From the NCBI GenBank assembly GCA_054661495.1, contig BAAFSQ010000121.1:1-28644 (forward strand): DNA of 28,644 bases, read 5' to 3'. The position numbers were made by a program, and so were the translations under genes. Each line of letters begins with the position of its first letter. Within the stretch, counting starts at the first letter, position 1. The stretch comes from Zygophlyctis sp. KS116. Taxonomy: Eukaryota > Fungi > Chytridiomycota. The notes under the pieces are model-generated. The model worked only from the letters and a program-made list of their open reading frames with translations. It was not told where the DNA came from and ran no database searches. This document shows, in pieces, positions 10,158 through 25,093 of the stretch.

Positions 10158-10637
10158 ATGTTTAAAACGTTGAAATTGACAAGGAGATGTCTGAGTTTAC
10201 AGTAAGATTTCTTAAAAAATTAAATTTACAGACCAGTCTCTGATATAAATTCTAAATTTCTAAATGCTTGTAAATTGGGCCGTACAGAATATATTACTGA
10301 ATTATTAAAAGACAAGAATTTAGATCCAGGGTTTAATTCTGACCAGGCATTTAGAGAGGCTGTTGTTAAAGGACAATTAGAAGTTGTTAAAATACTCTTA
10401 AAGGATTCTAGAATAAATCCTGCGGCTCAAGTTGACGAAGGACTACGATTTGCTTGTTTTTTAGGACATTATGATATTGTAGATTTGCTGTTAAAAGACT
10501 CTAGAGTAAATCCTACTGCTTATAATAATGAAGCTATAAGAATGGCTAAACAACGAGGTTATAATAGAATTATTGATAGGCTTCTAAAGGATTCACGGGT
10601 AGATTCAGAGTCATTGGACAATACTAATGGATACTAG
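10158..10637 (+). CDS. Small ankyrin-repeat protein (LLKDSRVxP-type repeats), possible mitochondrial presequence; intron 10202-10231
   Basis: Spliced start MFKTLKLTRRCLSLQPVSDINSKFLNACKLG, followed by ankyrin repeats such as GQLEVVKILLKDSRINP and GHYDIVDLLLKDSRVNP. Confidence 0.75.
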
Positions 10638-10707
10638 AAAATATTCTCTTTAAAAAATGAAATAAAATATTGTTTGCAGATTACATGCAGGGCATAGGTT
10701 GGCAAGT

Positions 10708-11008
10708 ATGACAGAGTTTTCAAAGGATTTGGGAGACAAGAAAAAGGTTACAGTCTCTGTTGTATTTTTTATATTTTCAAGATTAGTTTAAAGGGAAACC
10801 GCTAGTTCATATTAGAGAGTATTATACACAAGATGGGCAAGAGAAGCCAGGAAAAGTAAGTTAAATTTTATAATTTTAAGAAGGGAATTGCTCTCTCTCT
10901 AAATTCATGGAATGAATTACTGCAAGTTATTCCTCAAGTTCAATCGGCAATAGATGGAGTCTCTGGTGGATCAGCTATAAAATCAAAACCTACAGTAGAA
11001 GACGATGA

Positions 11009-11012
<4 letters not shown>
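10708..11012 (+). CDS. SUB1: Transcriptional coactivator PC4/Sub1 (absent from the ORF track); introns 10762-10786, 10856-10880
   Basis: Spliced translation MTEFSKDLGDKKKVTVSVFKGKPLVHIREYYTQDGQEKPGKKGIALSLNSWNELLQVIPQV matches the PC4 signature (FKG..V.IREYY...PGKKGI.L). Confidence 0.92.
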
Positions 11013-13318
<2,306 letters not shown>

Positions 13319-13335
13319 TAATTAAATCGGAATTC

Positions 13336-14028
13336 TTAATCAATATATTTCTTTAGAAACGAAATTATTTTAGAGTCTGTCGTCATATCCATTGGTTTCT
13401 GTTCTAGTTTATTCTGAATATTAGGATCAGCATCTAATTCCAAAAGAGTAAGTGCAGCATCACCCTGCAAGTTTTCACAAGCCAAATGTAATGGAGTATT
13501 TCCTTCCCGATCAGCAGGATTTATCTAATATTATTATAAAAATAAAGATACTTGTGCCTTGTTTGCAATCAACAATTTAATCATTGCAGAATGTCCTCCA
13601 ATGGCTGCTCGATGTAAAGCAGTTTGATTCATCTTATCACGACTGCTAACCAAACATCCATTATCTAGTAACAATTGTAGAATTTCTAGTCTATTTTTAG
13701 AGGCAGCATAATGGCAAATAGACTGTTTAGAAGCGTTTGAATGGTTCACATCAGCACCAGCAGTCACTAGGAATTTTGTAATATTATAGTCTCCAACAGA
13801 CACAGCAATCATAAGAGGAGTCCATTCAGAACCATCAGTAGCATCAATTGGAGAATCTTTAGAGAGTAAATATTCAACAATATGTAAATGTTTTCCACTA
13901 CAAGCCCAATGCAATAGAGTTCTACCATCCTCATCTACAGCCTTTACTAGCCTTTCTTTAGCTTCAACAGCAGACTGAATGGATTGAAAATCACCTTCTA
14001 AAGCACATTGGAATAAACTTTTATTCAT
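13336..14028 (-). CDS. NAS6: Gankyrin/Nas6-like ankyrin protein (26S proteasome assembly chaperone), one intron near 13525-13551
   Basis: DEDGRTLLHWACS, EWTPLMIAVS, HYAASKNR, QTALHRAA, EGNTPLHLACE; length and repeat order fit PSMD10/Nas6. Confidence 0.8.
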
Positions 14029-14032
14029 TATT

Positions 14033-14961
14033 TTAAGAGATCTGACAGACTGATCTTGATGTTTTCTTAGATTGAGAAGAAAATAAAGCCAAACGATCCA
14101 AATCTAAACTCTTTGATCTATCTACTGTAATAGTATTTCTATCTAGATCTACAGATTTTCCACGCTTTAGGATATCTGTGTCTAAATTTGAATCCCAAGA
14201 CACATTCATATTACTAAAAGTTTTGTATTTTCTATCATAACAAGATATCCAAGGATGCATCAGTAACTGAGTCGCATTCCATCTTTCAGACTCTTTTCTA
14301 GCCCAACACTTTACTAAAAAATCCGAAAGTAATCCTGAAGACTCTCCTGGAATTTCTGGCGATTGTTTAAACAATTTCCCTAAAGATTTTGTAGACTCTG
14401 AAATCATTTCTACAATCATACAACCTAGATTAAACAAATCAGTTTTTCCACTAGAATTTTTAAAACCATAATCTGAAAGACAAATTGAACCTAAATTTTT
14501 AAAAGATCTGCAAGATACCATCTTGTCTAATTATAGTATTTTGAGTTTTTAAATTCCCATGTTGTAGATTTAAAGACTCTAATTTGACTAAACCATGTAA
14601 TATTTGTCTAGAATAATTCGAGACTAAATCTTCTTCCAGTTTCCCATACTCTTGAATGAGATTGAACAAGGATCCTATAAATTAAATTATATAAAATACC
14701 ATTTTCTATATTTTCAAATATTAAAATCCAGAATTTATCAGTTTTTAAAACTTGAAAAACTTTAATCAAATTATGAAAAGAAATTTCATGAATTTCCTGA
14801 ATATTTTCCAATGGAATCTTTTTAATAGAAACGATCTCTCCAGTATTTTTATTAAATCCTCTAAATACTGATCCTGATTCTTCCATTCCAGTGCATTTGC
14901 CCAGCTTCCATGGCCCATATTCCTCTTTTTCAGTTTTTGACATTTTTGACATTTTTGACAT
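14033..14961 (-). CDS. Degenerate STE11/Cdc15-like kinase domain (probable pseudokinase); introns 14675-14699, 14491-14518
   Basis: Spliced: WKLGKCTGMEESGSVFRG..TGEIVSIKKI..ENGSLFNLIQEYGKLEE..RQILHGL..HGNLKTQN..LSDYGF..TDLFNLGCMIVEM..RWNATQLLMHPWI. Confidence 0.7.
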
Positions 14962-15046
14962 TTGACGGATTGAGTGTCTGAGCGGCCAACTTCATTCATG
15001 TGGCACCTGAAAGGGTTCAAGTAATCTCATTCAGACTGACCTTACA

Positions 15047-15105
15047 TTGACCTAATCTAAGCTAGACAATCTCTCCTACTTGACCTAACCTAGGCTAAAC
15101 AATCT
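15047..15105. repeat. 26-nt imperfect direct repeat (15047-15072 / 15080-15105, 23/26 identical)
   Basis: ttgacctaatctaagctagacaatct versus ttgacctaacctaggctaaacaatct. Confidence 0.8.
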
Positions 15106-15177
15106 AGGTTTACTTCTAATAAAAGCTAGGGTGCAAATGGCACCAAGCGCGGAGTTCGGAGACTTTGGACACATTTG

Positions 15178-15202
15178 ATTGGTCAATTGAGGCGTGACGT
15201 CA
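15178..15202. promoter_or_regulatory. Inverted CCAAT box (ATTGG) and perfect CRE palindrome TGACGTCA upstream of beta-tubulin
   Basis: ATTGG at 15178-15182, TGACGTCA at 15195-15202, about 80 nt before the ATG. Confidence 0.4.
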
Positions 15203-15283
15203 GCATTTTTAATTTCCGAAAAGAGTTTTGAGGAAATCGCCGGTGAATTTTCCTTTTAAAAAAAAACAAAACTTATCACTAAT

Positions 15284-16657
<1,374 letters not shown>

Positions 16658-16784
16658 ATCTATTATTGTTTGGTTTCGTTTTTATGTCTGATTGGGTTTG
16701 CTGGTAATATACGTATTTTGGCAATCTCTAAATTATTTCTTACCATGAGTTTCCACTTGAGCCTAGGCGGTTTGGAGAATTTTA

Positions 16785-17936
16785 ATGGAATTAGGAGCTC
16801 CATCTTGGTGGTTGGTACAAACAGGGAGTATTCACCCATTGATCTTTGAAGTAAAAGCCATTGAGCAAATTCATCATTTACTGAAACCTGCTCTTGGGCA
16901 TGTCTTGAGTTCTCTGATACAATCATCACAGCCAGTGTTATCAAGATCTGCTGGAAATATTCTTGATCGATTGGATGAAGTATGGCTTGTTATGTCTGGA
17001 ATGTTGGAGGCTTACTATTTAAAGACTTGGAATGCCTCTTTTTCAGAGCATTTTTATGGACTGAAACGTAAAACACCCGATGTAACAGACTGGAGACCTT
17101 GGAATCAAATGCCACTCAAAAGAATTGGAAGAGCATGGGTTTTCTTAGTTGCTATTCCATATCTAAAGGTAAAATGTGATCAATATTTAGATTTATGGAA
17201 TCGCCAAGATAGAACAAGACTGTTACTTGGACTAGATTCTAACAACTCATCTATTAAAAGACTAATTCAATTATTTAAGCGTATATTTCTAAAGGTATAT
17301 TCTAATACTAATACTTGTAGATTTATCCACTATCACTGCGATTGATTAATCTTTTGAATTTTCTTCAGATTCTCAAGTATATTAATGGTTATTCTCAGCA
17401 TCCATCACTTGAATACCTTATGAGTGGGCATGCTCTAGTCAGATTAAATGCTGAAGACTTTCAAACTTTTGAGCGGATGAAGAGTATTCAGAGCCGCGAA
17501 TGGAATAATTCTCTAAAAAATGGATCTCTATTCAGATATATAAAAGTTTTGGTACAGAAAGGATCATCGTTTGTATTTGAGACTTTAAAGACGGGACTTC
17601 CAATGATTATTATGGGTTATCAGCTTTTTGAAGGATGGTCAGCTTCAGAAGCAGTTCAAAAGTCTTCACACGGACCAATTCCTCCTCCTCCAAAATCTCT
17701 TCCGGTAAATAATTCAAACTAAGTTTTAGAAAGCCTTGCATGGTATTAATTTACCATCTGATTCAAGTATATGTCCACTTTGCCTATCAACTATTGATAT
17801 CCCCACATTAATACCTAGTGGATATGTATTTTGTTATACGTGTATTCTAGATCACTTGCGCTTAAACTCACACAAATGTCCAGTGACAAAAATATACATT
17901 CAAGAACAACAATTGATAAGACTTTATATAGACTAG
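16785..17936 (+). CDS. PEX12: Peroxin Pex12 (RING), two short introns
   Basis: PLIFEV..EQIHHLLKPAL, ASFSEHFYGLKR, IPPPP, CPLC..SGYVFCYTCI..CPVT. Confidence 0.9.
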
Positions 17937-18904
17937 GACTCTATTGATTGGATAAATTTTACAATTATTGTCAAATCTCCTTCACTTATATCTCCTAAAC
18001 TAGAAAAAGCCTTTATATATCTTGCAATTGTGCTTAATAATAAATTTATACGAGAGATATTTTTCAAATCAGAATCTTTTAATGATCCAATATGAGCACA
18101 AACTCTTAGCCCAAACTCTGTACAATTTGCTTCTAGTTGGTGAGAAAATATATGATTCCCATTCCATATTAAATGCATTTCTTCCAAAAGTTGTGTAAAA
18201 TTCTGTATTAATTGTAATATTCTAACATCTGATACGACTCTTTTAGCCAAAAGATGATTTAAACATTTTATAGAGTATTGAGAAAAGAAAATACCAGATG
18301 GTAGTAATGAATCTACAAAATGGTGAGGGATATTTATACCCAAAAGTTCAACTAAATCTGTTAAACATTGATATAAAAGAAGAATATGATCAACCATATC
18401 CTCATCAGACTCCATTTGATTCCAAGTATAATCATTACATTTGTCATTAACCTGATGTAAAAGATTGATTGTAAATGCCCATAATTCAGTTTTCAACTTA
18501 TTAACTAGCGGTCCCAAATGTGATTTGTCTATACAAGTCAATGTCCATAGTGAAGAATTTTGATGTAGATCTCTTTGATAAAATAAAAGTTGTGCATCCA
18601 ACCAAGGCCTGATCTCTGATATTCCAGGAATTGAACTTGATCGCAAACGATCTAGTATCTGTTCGGCTCTGTTGTTTAATGTTTCCAGCACATCGTATGA
18701 AGCGATAGGAGACTCCAATTGCAAAGACTCTGAAAAATACATGGACAATCCAGTGGCAAGTCGCTTATTGGAATCATCAGACTCAAAAGTCCCTTTTCTC
18801 TTTAGTGAATTCGGTCTACTTCTCTTTGTTGCCGGTGATGGAGGAATAGAATCAATAGATATATTCTCAAAGGCATGAATCATTGTGATAATTCCATTTT
18901 TCAT
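17933..18904 (-). CDS. Hypothetical 323-aa protein: disordered basic N-terminus, helical C-terminus
   Basis: Long uninterrupted ORF in AT-rich DNA; no family recognised. Confidence 0.65.
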   Translation of the reverse strand: MKNGIITMIHAFENISIDSIPPSPATKRSRPNSLKRKGTFESDDSNKRLATGLSMYFSESLQLESPIASYDVLETLNNRAEQILDRLRSSSIPGISEIRPWLDAQLLFYQRDLHQNSSLWTLTCIDKSHLGPLVNKLKTELWAFTINLLHQVNDKCNDYTWNQMESDEDMVDHILLLYQCLTDLVELLGINIPHHFVDSLLPSGIFFSQYSIKCLNHLLAKRVVSDVRILQLIQNFTQLLEEMHLIWNGNHIFSHQLEANCTEFGLRVCAHIGSLKDSDLKNISRINLLLSTIARYIKAFSSLGDISEGDLTIIVKFIQSIES

Positions 18905-18921
18905 TAAAAATTTGACAGAAA

Positions 18922-20104
18922 TCAGCCAGTTTTCAAGGATTTTTTAGCTTCATATTCTTCTTCCAATTCTTTTACAATCTTGTGGGCATCTTCTAAATCC
19001 TTATTCAAACGATCACGATCTGCAATCAACTGTAAATTAATTTAAATTCAAATATTTACACGTTGTTCCCATTGCTTGAACCGACTTTCTTCCATTTTGA
19101 CTTGTTCTAAAAATGATTTTCTTAAAGCTTCTTCATCATTTTTCATTTTATCAGCCAACATCTTTTTTGTAATAGAATGAGGATCTTGATCAGAGAAACC
19201 ACGACCAGCAAGAGTTTTAGAACGATAAGTTTCATAAAAAACATCATTAGTTTTAACAACTAAATCATGCATATTTGTACGAATCAATAAATTTCGAAGT
19301 TTAACAAAATCACAATGATCTTCATTTTCAACTTCTGCTACTCCCCAAGAATATTCTCTTCCACGAACTAATTTCCCATTCACATGTACTGTTTCCTGAC
19401 TTGCAATTACAGAAAGTGGTATAGCTTCAGATATATTTCTTTGTAAATCTGCCATATCTTCATCATCAGCATCTGCCAATGGTTCATAAATCTCAATTTG
19501 ATAAGCTGATAAACAATCTCTAATCTACCAATTATATATAGTAATTTACTCGTTCTTTAAATCCCATAATCTCATCTCTAGTTAGAGTATCAGCCTTTGC
19601 AATCACTGGTATAAGATTAACTCTACTTCCCAATTCTTTCATTGCCTTTACATCCAAAGAAGATAAAGAATGACCCGAAGGAGAAATAAAGTACAAACAC
19701 GCATGTATTCTAACATCATCATATTCTGCAACTTTGCGATTAGTTTGTAATTCATTTTCCAAATAATCTGCATACTGCAAATCAATAAAAGAGACTACCG
19801 ACTCCCAACAACTTTGATTATTAACAAAATCTCCAAACCCTGGAGTATCAATGATAGTAAGTCTAGTTTTAAACCCTTTTTCTTCCAATTCGACTCTATT
19901 AACTTCCATTCTTAGAGTTTTTTCCGCCAACGAAGGCATGGAAGGTTCTTTTAGATCAGTATTAAACAGTGTGTTTATAAAAGTAGTTTTTCCTAGACCT
20001 GACGAGCCAACCAAGAGTATAGTAAAGTTTATAGTTTTTCTTGATATAATTTTGTGGTATTGGTTTGGCAGGTTAGTGATGCCAATGACGGAGCCTGAAG
20101 TCAT
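18922..20104 (-). CDS. CDC12: Septin, Cdc12/AspC group; two introns
   Basis: GITNLPNQYHKI, GSSGLGKTTFINTLF, DTPGFGD, AKAD, GREYSWG, EQVKMEESRFKQWEQRLIADRDRLNKDLE. Confidence 0.9.
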
Positions 20105-20246
20105 TTTCAATTCCTAGTATCCTAGAGCCTAGAGTTAGCCCAAGAGCATGATTCCTATAGCCAACAGTCGCCCTAAACAATGTGGACGCGGGTTGTTTCC
20201 TTTGACACGAAAAAACACGCGCCGAGGGCTTTTCAAAAACAAAAAA

Positions 20247-21151
20247 ATGAGCGAACGACGTAAGACTTTACTCTATAACTCTAGCTTCCAGAGAAGACCA
20301 GGTTTACATGGCAAAGTTGGCCGAACAGGCAGAGAGATATGATGGTATTTATTCTATTTTTTAATCTTAGAAATGGTGTCTTTTATGAAGGAAGTTGCAA
20401 AAGTAATTTTTAAAAATTAAGAATTAGCTCGGAGTAGAATTAACAGTCGAAGAGCGTAATTTACTCTCTGTAGCCTACAAAAATGTTATAGGTGCTCGTC
20501 GTGCGTCTTGGAGAATTGTTTCTTCAATTGAGCAAAAGGAGGAGTCCAAGGGCACAGAAGACAAAGTGAAGAAAATCCATGAATATCGTGTCAAAATAGA
20601 AACTGAGCTCTCGGAAGTCTGCAATGATATCTTGAATGTATTGGATACACATTTGATTCCAAGTGCTGACTCTGGTGAATCAAAGGTTTTCTATTATAAA
20701 ATGTAATTTTTATATTCTAAATTACAAGGAAAGGAGATTATCATCGTTATTTGGCAGAATTTGCTACTGGAGAAAAACGAAAGGAGTCAGCTGGTCATGC
20801 TCATGAGGCATACAAGGCTGCTACAGAAATTGCTCAAACAGAATTGGCTCCAACACATCCAATTCGTTTAGGATTGGCACTAAATTTCTCAGTCTTTTAT
20901 TATGAGATTTTAAATTCTCCAGATCGTGCGTGTCATTTAGCAAAACAAGCATTTGATGATGCTATTGCTGAATTGGATACTCTCTCTGAAGAATCTTACA
21001 AGGATTCTACCTTGATTATGCAACTTCTCCGGGATAATTTGACTCTTTGGACATCTGATCTTCAAGATGGTAATATATAAGATTATTAAAGTTAGCTGAA
21101 GCAGAAAAGGCTGATGAGGCAAAGGGTGATGATGCCGAAGAAGGTAAATAG
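20247..21151 (+). CDS. 14-3-3 protein; five short introns
   Basis: [75 protein letters not shown]. Confidence 0.98.
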
Positions 21152-21247
21152 TCTGATTTTTCATGGGGACATCACCCACTGCTCCTTATGTGTGTCTTCT
21201 CAAGAAAAATTATTTTTAATAAAAAAATTCGGAAATGATTTACATTT

Positions 21248-23192
21248 TTATTTTTTACGTCGAAGAGAACGTGTAGGAGACAGATCTGGCTTATTTTCTT
21301 CTTTAATCTATGTATTAATAAGTTTTAATTACATTTACTTGGTTTTTTACATTTTGGAGAGCAACAAGTGCTGCTGCAGACTGTGCGTCATTTTGAATCT
21401 TTTGCCTTGCCTGTGTTGATTGCATAAAGACTGGAGGAGGATTACTGACTGTTATGACTGGTGATACAGTTGATCGTTTTTCTGCAGAAGAAAAATCAAT
21501 CTGCATGGGAGAGCCAGGATGATTTGGTGAGTTGACAGGAGAAGATGTAATAAATGAATTGGGTCGAGATAAATGCGAAGGAGATGCTTGCGATGGATAA
21601 TTCTTTAGAACTGGGGATGAAGCTCCGTATATTGATTTAGATGGCTGCCGATATGCTGCATACGGGACACCAGAAGGAATAATTCCACCTCTATGCGACA
21701 TTCCCTAAAGATTAATGAAATATAACCACTCACTCTTGAAATCCCAGAAAAAATTGAGGCATGTTTCTGTTGTTCTTGTACCGCTCTCAACTCTGTTGCC
21801 CGCTGCTCTTTCAATTGAGTCAATTCCATAGGTGTTAGAGGACGTCCCAGAATATCAATGCCAGCATGAATCTGGGTTTGCATATGCGTTTCATGAGAAT
21901 TTAAATTGACTTGAGAACGATTAGTTTTGGTGTCTATTATTATTAATTAAAAATTCTTACTAACTTGCTTGTTTGAGTCCTTCTTTTTTGAAGCCTTGGT
22001 AATCATATCAAATTTACTCATAAACTTTGCTAATTTAAGCCGTTCAGCATCCACATGATGACTATTAAAATTTGAAAAATTCCCTGTTCTTGTCGGCAAC
22101 ACATATGCATCAAAGTCTACAGACGACTTGTATCCTCTAGAGGTTAAATTTGTGTATCTAGAGTAACATTCTCTATCAGACCTTTTTACAGGACTTAGAC
22201 GCGATGAATACAACATATCAGCCAAGAAATCCCAATTATACTGATATATAGAAGCAAGAGATACCAGTACCTCATCTTCTTCTACCGACCATGAAACTTC
22301 CTTTTGAGTAGGATTTTGAGCTTTTGGTTCAGTCATCAAATACTCATCACTTGCTCCAAACAAATTTCTAATAATGACTGGATCCTGAGAATTATCCTCT
22401 GCTTCTGAATTCTCCCAATATTCTTTAATTTCTGTATTAAAAAGCCTAGAAACTGCCATAACACTTGGAATTGGATCTTTATACTCTTTTTCATCCTTAT
22501 GAAAAGTAAAACTAGGCTCTTCCTCCTTTAATATCTCTTGAGAGTAAACCAACTGACTCCAAAGAGACTCCTAATTTATTTAATGAGGAATTGACACACA
22601 TTTTCAACAATATTCCTACTTCCAGTCTTAAAATATTGTAAAATCCATTCCCCAACCACTTTTGCCATATTAATTTTCCATTTCCTTTCTTGCTTGTAGT
22701 CCTGTTGCATCCATTTCTATTCTTTTTTAAAATTCAATTACGAGTACCATTTCTTGAAGTAAATAATCCCAATGACATAACTCCCTAGGAGGATCTTTTG
22801 GCCTCTTGAGTTGCCTGAATGAGAATAAATTTGATTTTTTCAAATCATCAATTTTCTTTAAAAACTTGATCTAATATTAGATGATGGATCAACCTGACGC
22901 ATTTCCTCCCTTGTCGCACACCAGCCCCGTGTATCCACCACCTTTTTAGCCAATGGCATTAATTCAAAAAGAGGTTGTGCCTTGATTTGTAATTCATAGT
23001 AATACCAAGAAAATTCTTTCTTGTTTTTCGTTTGCCTTGCGCGACAAAACTTAAAAGTTCCTTTTCTTCTCTTTTAAAACAAAAGGAGTTTTACCCATTC
23101 TCAGTCCTTGAAACTTTATTCAACTGAGACTCACTCAACAAACAATAATCAAAAGATTCTCTAAGAATAAGCTCTTGCTGCAAGTCTTCCAT
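21248..23192 (-). CDS. EAF1: Eaf1/Vid21 NuA4 scaffold (HSA + Myb/SANT); start position uncertain
   Basis: FSFRQLKRPKDP..HWDYLLQEMKWMQQDYKQERKWK (HSA), WSVEEDEVL..YQYNWDFLAD (SANT), THMQTQIHAG..LTPMEL. Last exon IKEENKPDLSPTRSLRRKK*. Confidence 0.85.
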
Positions 23193-25045
23193 GTTAAAGT
23201 TTACGCCATTACGCCACATTTTTTTTTCTCAGCCACGTCGGTTTAGGGTAGGACCATCAACCCTTTTTTTTTATATGACGGAAACCAATGGCAAAGAGGC
23301 GGTAGGGATACTAGACTCTGAGACTGGAGAGTATGTCTCTAAAAATGAATTGAAAAAGAGAATCAAGGCTAGGCAAAAGGCTGCTGAAAAATTAGAAAAA
23401 GCGTCGAATGTAGTAGATCAAGGTTCAGATCAGAAAGTAGATCAAGTAGAAAAGGAAGATCCTAGATTATATTTTGAAAATAGATCAAAGTTTGTTCAAG
23501 GGCTTCGGGCTCAAGGAAAGGCTTATCCTCACAAATTCTCTGTAGATATGTCGCTCCAAAAGTTTATAGACAAATATTCTGGATTGGGAGATGGAGAGCG
23601 GGCGCAGGAAATTGTGCATGTGGCTGGAAGACTTCATAATATTAGAAGTTCATCAAAAAATTTGGTTTTTTATGATTTACATGGAGAAGGGATAAAGATT
23701 CAAATTATGGCGGCTGCTCAAGGTATGTTTTTATGACTTATTTTAGATTCAAAAAGAGATTTTCAAGAGGTTCATGAAAATTTACAGCGAGGTGATATTG
23801 TTGGAGTAATTGGGGTTCCTGGAAAATCAAAAAGAGGGGAATTATCAATCTTTCCAAATGATCTTATTCTGCTCACTCCTTGTTTAAGAATGTTACCAAA
23901 GGCTCATTATGGTTTAAAAGATGTCGAATCTAGATATAGAATGAGATATTTGGATTTGATTATGAATAATTCAGTGCGAGATAAATTTGTTACTCGTGCT
24001 AAAATTATTAATTATTTACGAAAGTTTTTAGATCAAATGGGATTCTTGGAAGTTGAAACTCCAATGATGAATATGATTGCTGGAGGTGCTACTGCTAAAC
24101 CTTTTATTACTCATCATAATGATTTGAAATTGGATCTCTTTATGAGAATTGCTCCGGAATTATATTTGAAACAATTAGTCGTGGGTGGATTAGATAGAGT
24201 ATATGAAATTGGTAGACAATTCCGTAATGAACAGATTGATCTTACTCATAATCCTGAATTTACTACTTGCGAGTTTTACATGGCGTATGCAGACGTTTAT
24301 GATTTAATGGATATAACTGAATCTTTTCTTTCGGGATTAGTCAAGACTATTACTGGAGGATACAAGGTTAAATATCATCCTCAAGGGTTAGAGGGTCCTG
24401 AATGGGAAATTGACTATTCTCCTCCATTCAGGAGAGTTTCAATGATTCCAGAATTGGAACGTATTCTCAAAGTTAAATTTCCTCCTGGACCTGAGCTTGG
24501 ATTGGAATCTGGAAATAAATTCTTATCAGAACTTGCTGCAAAGCATAATGTGGATTGTTCAGCTCCAAGAACAAGTGCTCGTCTTTTAGATAAGCTAGTT
24601 GGTGAATTTATAGAGTCTCAGTGTATCAATCCAACATTTATTACAGAACATCCTCAAATGATGTCCCCTTTAGCAAAGGCCCATCGTTCAATACCTGGAT
24701 TGTGTGAAAGATTTGAATGTTTTGTTGCTACAAAGGAGATTTGTAATGCGTATACTGAATTGAATGATCCATTTGATCAACGCGAACGCTTTGAGCAGCA
24801 AGCTCTTGATAAGGCTATGGGTGATGATGAAGCGCAACTGGTTGATGAAGTATTCTGTAACTCACTTGAATATGGTCTTCCTCCTACTGGTGGTTGGGGT
24901 CTTGGAATCGATCGTTTGACCATGTTCCTTACTGATTCTAATAATATCAAGGAAGTTTTACCTTTTGTAAGTATTTTTTATATTAAATATTCAGCCCGCA
25001 ATGAAGCCTGAAGCATCATCTGAGAAAAAGAATGAAACCAATTAA
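23191..25045 (+). CDS. KRS1: Lysyl-tRNA synthetase (class II); in-frame ATGs at 23191 and 23275; two introns
   Basis: [61 protein letters not shown]. Confidence 0.97.
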
Positions 25046-25062
25046 GCGCATTAGTTTGTGTC

Positions 25063-25074
25063 TGACGTCATTGG
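25063..25074. promoter_or_regulatory. CRE palindrome TGACGTCA abutting ATTGG in a 48-nt intergenic gap
   Basis: tgacgtcattgg about 20 nt upstream of ATG 25094. Confidence 0.35.
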
Positions 25075-25093
25075 ATAGATTTGAACAATACAA

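Noticed and set aside
20111-20240. CCTAG repeats and ACGCG (MCB-like) words in the septin/14-3-3 divergent promoter
   Set aside because: Short, imperfect matches; CTAG is frequent throughout the window.
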